Of a DNA stretch of 14,882 nt, positions 10,661-14,882 are shown piece by piece. This stretch comes from Paraspadella gotoi. Taxonomy: Eukaryota; Animalia; Chaetognatha. The stretch lies in NCBI GenBank assembly GCA_051294375.1, contig JBJCIZ010001095.1:1-14882 (forward strand), given 5' to 3'. The translations under genes were made by a program, and so were the position numbers. Under the pieces are notes generated by a model. It saw only the letters and a program-made list of their open reading frames with translations. It had not been told where the DNA came from and did no database searches. Numbering within the stretch: the first letter of the stretch is position 1; each line of letters opens with the position of its first letter.

Positions 10661-11013
10661 TTAAATTACTTGGTNNNNNNNNNNTTATGCTCAGTAACTG
10701 AGAATAAAGGAGAGCGATTTAAAAAAAAAAAAAGATGGTGAATCTATTGCAAACGGTTAGATTAATGACACAAAGTATTATAAATANNNNNNNNNNATCA
10801 AATAATTTAAAACAATCTACAATTTAAAAAAAAAAATACTAAACTACTACCAGTGTGGAGACAATCATCCAGTAAAAACCCTATGGCAATGATAAAATTG
10901 AAAATGATTTTGTACCATCTTAATTAAGGTAGGCTGTCCAAATAAACTTTTATTTAATTTAGCAAATATATTTTTAACAATTATTTTATTTATTTATTAT
11001 GAAATTGGTACAA

Positions 11014-11335
11014 CCAATATAAAAATTATCCATTCATTTAATAAATAAGCTATCTTGCCCCTGACTTTGGACAGGCTTTGGTGGTTTAAGGCCTCCATCA
11101 CTCTTACAAGATAATGACATAGCAGGTCCCTGCAAGCTTTCTTATAATCTTATAATTTATAATATCTTATAATTGCAATTGCTGGATGCCAGTGAATATA
11201 AAAATTTACCTTAATTTTTTTAAAAAAATTCTATAAATTGTTAGTTTAAGACGCAAACGGTTACATCGCCGTGAAAAAAACTACTAAGACTACATTTAAT
11301 ATCAAAGGTTTTCACAAAAACTATGAAAGACAGAC
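11014..11335 (+). repeat. Unclassified dispersed repeat, copy B (homologous to 3187-3450)
   Basis: Same alignment as copy A. Its right end abuts the nanos-like fragment. Confidence 0.72.
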
Positions 11336-11801
11336 TAGTCCCGTCACGTCGTCCTTGAGCGGATAACTTTGGTAAACGCATTCCCTCTCTGTTTTTCTTG
11401 CAAAACAGACAGCAGCGCCGCCGAGATCTCATGTTCGCCAAGTCGGGCGGGAAGAGTGGCTTGGTATTGAGGGAGTCGCGGCGGCAGCATGGAGCGAGCC
11501 TGATCGTTGAGTCTCATTGTCTCATAGTCTCTTTGGCGGGAGGGGCCGTGACGCAAAGCCCAGAGTAGAATTATTCTTTAAGAGCGGGAAAAAGAGCGTT
11601 GTGCCCTAAAGTCCCAGGAAGGGGCGACGGCGGCGGCGCGGAATATTGGAACCAAGATGGCGACGGAAGCGGCGCCGAAAAAAGGTTATACGACGGAGAC
11701 GTAGGTTAGCTGAAAACGTCGGAAAGTGGCGTCATTGAGTGAGAGGTCGTCATCGGGGTCGGAGGCGGCGACGCAACCAGAGCAAATCGTCAGAGCAAAT
11801 C
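11330..11801 (-). pseudogene. nos: nanos-like pseudo-exon: Pro/Ser-rich region plus the first Nanos CCHC zinc finger, with stops and a frameshift
   Basis: The minus strand from 11411 reads CLFCKKNRE[lone g at 11384]ECVYQS(Y)PLKDDVTGLVC. This fits Nanos C-x2-C-x12-H-x10-C (CxFCxNNxExExVYxSHxLKDxxGxVxC), with TAT in place of His CAT at 11365-11363. The same frame upstream is P/S-rich (PTSPSYNLFSAPLPSPSWFQYSAPPPSP) with stops at 11708, 11573 and 11516. An acceptor-like TTTAATTTCTTAAATTTAG|G lies at 11802/11801. Confidence 0.68.
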
Positions 11802-11904
11802 CTAAATTTAAGAAATTAAATAATCCATTAGTCAATAGTTATTTAATTTAATTTGAAAAACATTAGAAATATTATGATTCAGGATAATTTTACATTCGGC
11901 GACC

Positions 11905-12033
11905 GGGGTTAGGGGTGGTTTATGGTTAGGAGTGGTTAGGGTTATGAGGGTAATAATTTTGGGGTAATATTAATAANNNNNNNNNNAATACTAATAATAA
12001 TTTTAGGGTTAGGGTTGGTTAGGATTAAGAGGG
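11905..12033 (+). repeat. Degenerate TTAGG/TTAGGG-containing G-rich repeat (interrupted by an N gap)
   Basis: TTAGG at 11909, 11926 and 11936; TTAGGGTTAGGGTTGGTTAGG at 12003-12023. Confidence 0.7.
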
Positions 12034-12058
12034 TAATATTTTTTTAAAAATAAGTATC

Positions 12059-12150
12059 AACTCGCTTTTAGCTTGGTAGTACAGCCTGATACGAAGCTCA
12101 GGGACTGCTTATGTACAATATTATCTCTTACAATTATTGTGTCTCTTCAA
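12059..12150 (+). mobile_element. Headless copy of the SINE-like body seen at 13301-13402
   Basis: 12059-12097 matches 13301-13339 at 32/39 positions without gaps. Both continue to TCTCTTCAA (12142-12150 and 13394-13402). Confidence 0.6.
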
Positions 12151-12292
12151 TGATCTCATTTTATTGCACATCATTATTTTTATCATTCAAATAATTAACT
12201 TTTCGGCTATTTTAAAGAGATAAAAAAACAGTTGTGCATTACAGCTATTTTAAATCACTTACAATCAACCTGTTTTGAAATGGCAACGGACA

Positions 12293-12527
12293 TGGAAGGT
12301 GAAACGAACCCTCTCAAACTAGCGGAGAGGGAAGCCGTCGGGAGAGTAACGATGCTGAAGACCGGGATTGCAGGTGCGGTAATGTTTATTTAAATAGTTT
12401 TTTATTTACTTGGCGTTTTGTTGATATTTAATTGGGTACCTTATTAAAATAAAGCATATAGATATTTAAACCGACAGTCAATAAGTAATAAATCACGAAA
12501 TGAAATACACAAGAAATACGGGAGACG
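12293..12527 (+). repeat. LTR-like direct repeat, copy 1
   Basis: Shares GAACCC..AGCGGAGAG..CGTCGGGA..ACCGGGAT..GTAATGTTTAT..AAATAGTTT..GTACCTTA.TAAAATAAAGCATATAG..AAGAAATACGG.AGACG with 13817-14081. TG at 12293 and CA at 12475-12476. Confidence 0.7.
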
Positions 12528-13202
12528 NNNNNNNNNNTATGAGTCCAAAGATCGTGGAAATTGTAATCAATGAACCAAAGAGCAAAAATAAATAAAACCA
12601 AAACAAAATGAGGCACAAATCATAAGTAAGGCACATACTAAAAGTAAACGTAAAAGTAANNNNNNNNNNTATAAAAAGTCAATAAATACGAGTCCATGAA
12701 TCGCAGATGAATGGAGGCAGCCGATCCTGAAGGTACCATAATGGAAAAAAAATTGTCGCGGTTTTGAAAAGTTGGTTAATTTGATTATCAAATATTTATT
12801 AGCTGGTAAATAAGTTTAATTAACTTCTTTAAAAAACCGGGTTTAAATAATAAAATTATTTTTTAATAATATAAAATTATTTAATGCATAAAAATACTTC
12901 CAAAAAAGTTTATCTTTAACTGTTTTTACCTTTTTTGATCAAAAAAACTNNNNNNNNNNNNNNNNNNTTTTTTTTTATTCTCTGTTATTGAAAAAAATCT
13001 TGTTAAAATCAAAACGCTGATAAAGATTCTATAATAAGAATCAAAACATATCCGACTATAAATTATTANNNNNNNNNNTATAAAAATAGAAAAACTTATT
13101 CTTAAAATATTATTTTTTAATATTTTATTTAAATTATCTTATATTTAAATTAAAACTTAATTTTAAACTCATGGTAGACTAAAATCCACCTACCGTTCAT
13201 CA

Positions 13203-13402
13203 GTGGCCATTGGTGCCGGAGGCATGTCATTCACCTCCTAACCCAAAGGTCCGGGGTTTTAGCCCGGTGGCCGCCTAATAGTTAAGAGGGACGGGGCGCT
13301 AACCCGCCTGTAACTCGGTATTACAGCCTGATCCGAAGCNNNNNNNNNNNCTTATATTGAATGGTTCTGTCACTAACACAACAATAATTATTATCTCTTC
13401 AA
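13203..13402 (+). mobile_element. tRNA-derived SINE-like element nested in the TIR element
   Basis: 73-nt tRNA-like head at 13203-13275: acceptor-like pairing GTGGCCA/TGGCCGC, A-box-like TGGTGCCGGAGG (13211-13222), T-arm hairpin CCGGG-GTTTTAG-CCCGG (13251-13267) with a degenerate B box, and no proper anticodon stem. The body is repeated at 12059. Confidence 0.6.
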
Positions 13403-13403
13403 A

Positions 13404-13465
13404 CTTAACCCTTAGTCATCCTTAACCCTTACTCATCCTTAACCCTTACTCAACCTTAAACCTAA
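13404..13465. repeat. 17-bp minisatellite (CTTAACCCTTACTCATC) x ~3.6
   Basis: Units at 13404, 13421 and 13438, plus a partial unit at 13455. Confidence 0.85.
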
Positions 13466-13816
13466 TTTACCTTTAACATTAATTTATTTTATATTTTAAT
13501 TTACTATGAATTTATACTTAATTTTAATTTATTCATAACATTAATTTATCATAACATTAATTTAATAATTAATAATTTAATAATAATAAAAAATAATTAA
13601 AAATTAATATAAATAAAAAGTATAAATATGAAAAAATTAATTTTTTTTATAGAACTCATATTTTTTATTGTATATAATGAGATACAGCTTATATAAATCA
13701 TAAAAGGCTAAAGTTTTTTGATATCCAAATTTTATTTTTTGATTCTTTCATTAAAATACTAAAAATAAATAGAAAGTAACCGCGACAATTTTTTTTCCAT
13801 CATAGTATGAAAGTCA

Positions 13817-14081
13817 TGTAAAGAACCCCCTCCTCGACCGAGCGGAGAGAAAGAAGACGTCGGGAAAGAAACCGGGATCGCGGGCGCCGTAATGTTTATA
13901 AATAGTTTATCCANNNNNNNNNNTGTCGATATTTAGTACCTTAATAAAATAAAGCATATAGTTATTCCAATTGCTCTTGCCGGGGAGCAACCGCAATATC
14001 TATAACAGACAATAATACTACTAATAATCACTATAAAACACACAANNNNNNNNNNTAAATAAGGAAGAAATACGGAAGACG
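13817..14081 (+). repeat. LTR-like direct repeat, copy 2
   Basis: TGTAAAGA (13817) ... TATAAATAG (13897) ... AATAAAATAAA (13943) ... TCTATAACA (to 14007). Homologous to 12293-12527. Confidence 0.7.
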
Positions 14082-14882
14082 ACGTAGACGAATCTCGAAT
14101 GACCGCGATAAAGAGACGACGAGATGAAAGTCAATATCTTTTATTAAGGTACTTTTTTTAAGAATTCTTCAGAAACTCAAAGATTAACTGTTTGATATTA
14201 TCGTCGATCCACTCCGGCCGCCAATTCTTGCCTTTGAAGGGTTTCCTCGAACGACCGAAGCGGCTCGCCGATAGAAGTTCCTCGAATCAAAGATTCTCGG
14301 GGGCGTTTTCAGAAGGGACGGACCGGCGGGATTTAAAATAGTTCGAACATGTCAGTATTATAGTACTCGTATAGCCCCGAAGCCTGTTAACTTTTGGGCT
14401 AATTGTTGAAGGTTCTCACAAACACATGGTCAAAACGCCGTAGTTTTACGAAACTTCCAAATTTTCAAAAAAAAAAAAGAAAAAAAAGAATAAATGTACA
14501 AATTTTTAACATAAAATCTATATTTTCATTATAATTTTCGTAAAAAGAAAAAAAAATCGGGCGGGAATAATGTTTTATAAACACGCGAGTTATCAAAACC
14601 TCTGAGTCGTGAACCGCGGCTGGCTCGAGGAAGTGCCATGGCTCTCGGTTTGGTTCTGACGGTAACGTAATTTATGCGCATTCAGGGCCGTGTAAAGAAT
14701 CCAGAGCAAACAAAAGTCAAGGATTTCCTCTTATTTCATATTAAAAACACGAAAATTTTTCGAGTGCTCCACCCAGAAACATAAGACAACGCGGGGGGGC
14801 CGTTAATGTGCCGCGTGTTTTCGCCAGTTCTTAATTTAGGTATCTTTTTAAACTGACTTGAGAGATCTTTTCTGACGTTGTT

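Larger units (their letters stand above)
12736..13805. mobile_element. Non-autonomous Tc1/mariner-type TIR element (~1.07 kb) with TA target-site duplication
   Basis: 28-bp terminal inverted repeats at 12736-12763 (CCATAATGGAAAAAAAATTGTCGCGGTT) and 13778-13805 match at 26/28 positions, with the inner 23 bp perfect. TA flanks both sides (12734-12735, 13806-13807). The interior is AT-rich with no transposase ORF. Confidence 0.85.

Noticed and set aside
11250-11300. CSLSSFFHGDVTVC as a possible second Nanos finger
   Set aside because: Spacing does not fit C-x2-C-x7-H-x4-C, and the DNA appears to belong to the dispersed repeat shared with 3187-3450.
11653-11690. CAAGATGGCG (YY1/Pho-like motif) with ATG MATEAAPKK on the + strand
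   Set aside because: The ORF stops after 15 codons, and the motif is simply the antisense of the Pro/Ser-rich nanos-like frame.
12721-12738. Minus-strand TGGTACCTTCAGGAT resembling a tRNA-Tyr primer-binding site of BEL/Pao elements
   Set aside because: Poor match, and the TGGTA part is created by the TIR element terminus and its TA duplication.
13165-13207. Hammerhead-ribozyme-like CTGATGA plus stem on the minus strand (also CTGATGAG near 291-284)
   Set aside because: The required GAAA after stem II is absent (GAGT and GGTG instead), and stems I and III are not evident.
13203-13275. Functional tRNA gene
   Set aside because: The anticodon stem does not pair, the T-loop lacks TTC, and A14 is missing; better explained as a SINE head.

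Overview
Eukaryotic, most likely arthropod/insect genomic DNA (inferred from composition and repeat types); no prokaryotic genes, CRISPR arrays or intact long CDS were found. Bases 1-596 form a GC-rich exon-like block that ends at a CAG|GT donor-like site and holds a 103-aa ATG ORF with an N-myristoylation-type start (MGSAVSCNC). Bases ~600-9700 look intronic or intergenic, with many (GA)n/(CT)n tracts, a ~39-bp pyrimidine minisatellite and a dense cluster of CGTCA/TGACG (CRE half-site) motifs at 6417-6715. Bases ~9750-14150 are a mosaic of decayed mobile elements broken by 11 N-gaps: a Gypsy/Mag-like gag relic, a 1.07-kb TA-flanked Tc1/mariner-type TIR element with a nested tRNA-derived SINE-like sequence, and two LTR-like direct repeats. 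The most notable item is a decayed minus-strand exon (11801-11330) encoding a Nanos-type CCHC zinc finger, cut off by and joined to a dispersed repeat. Most ORFs in the supplied track are microsatellite or low-complexity artefacts.
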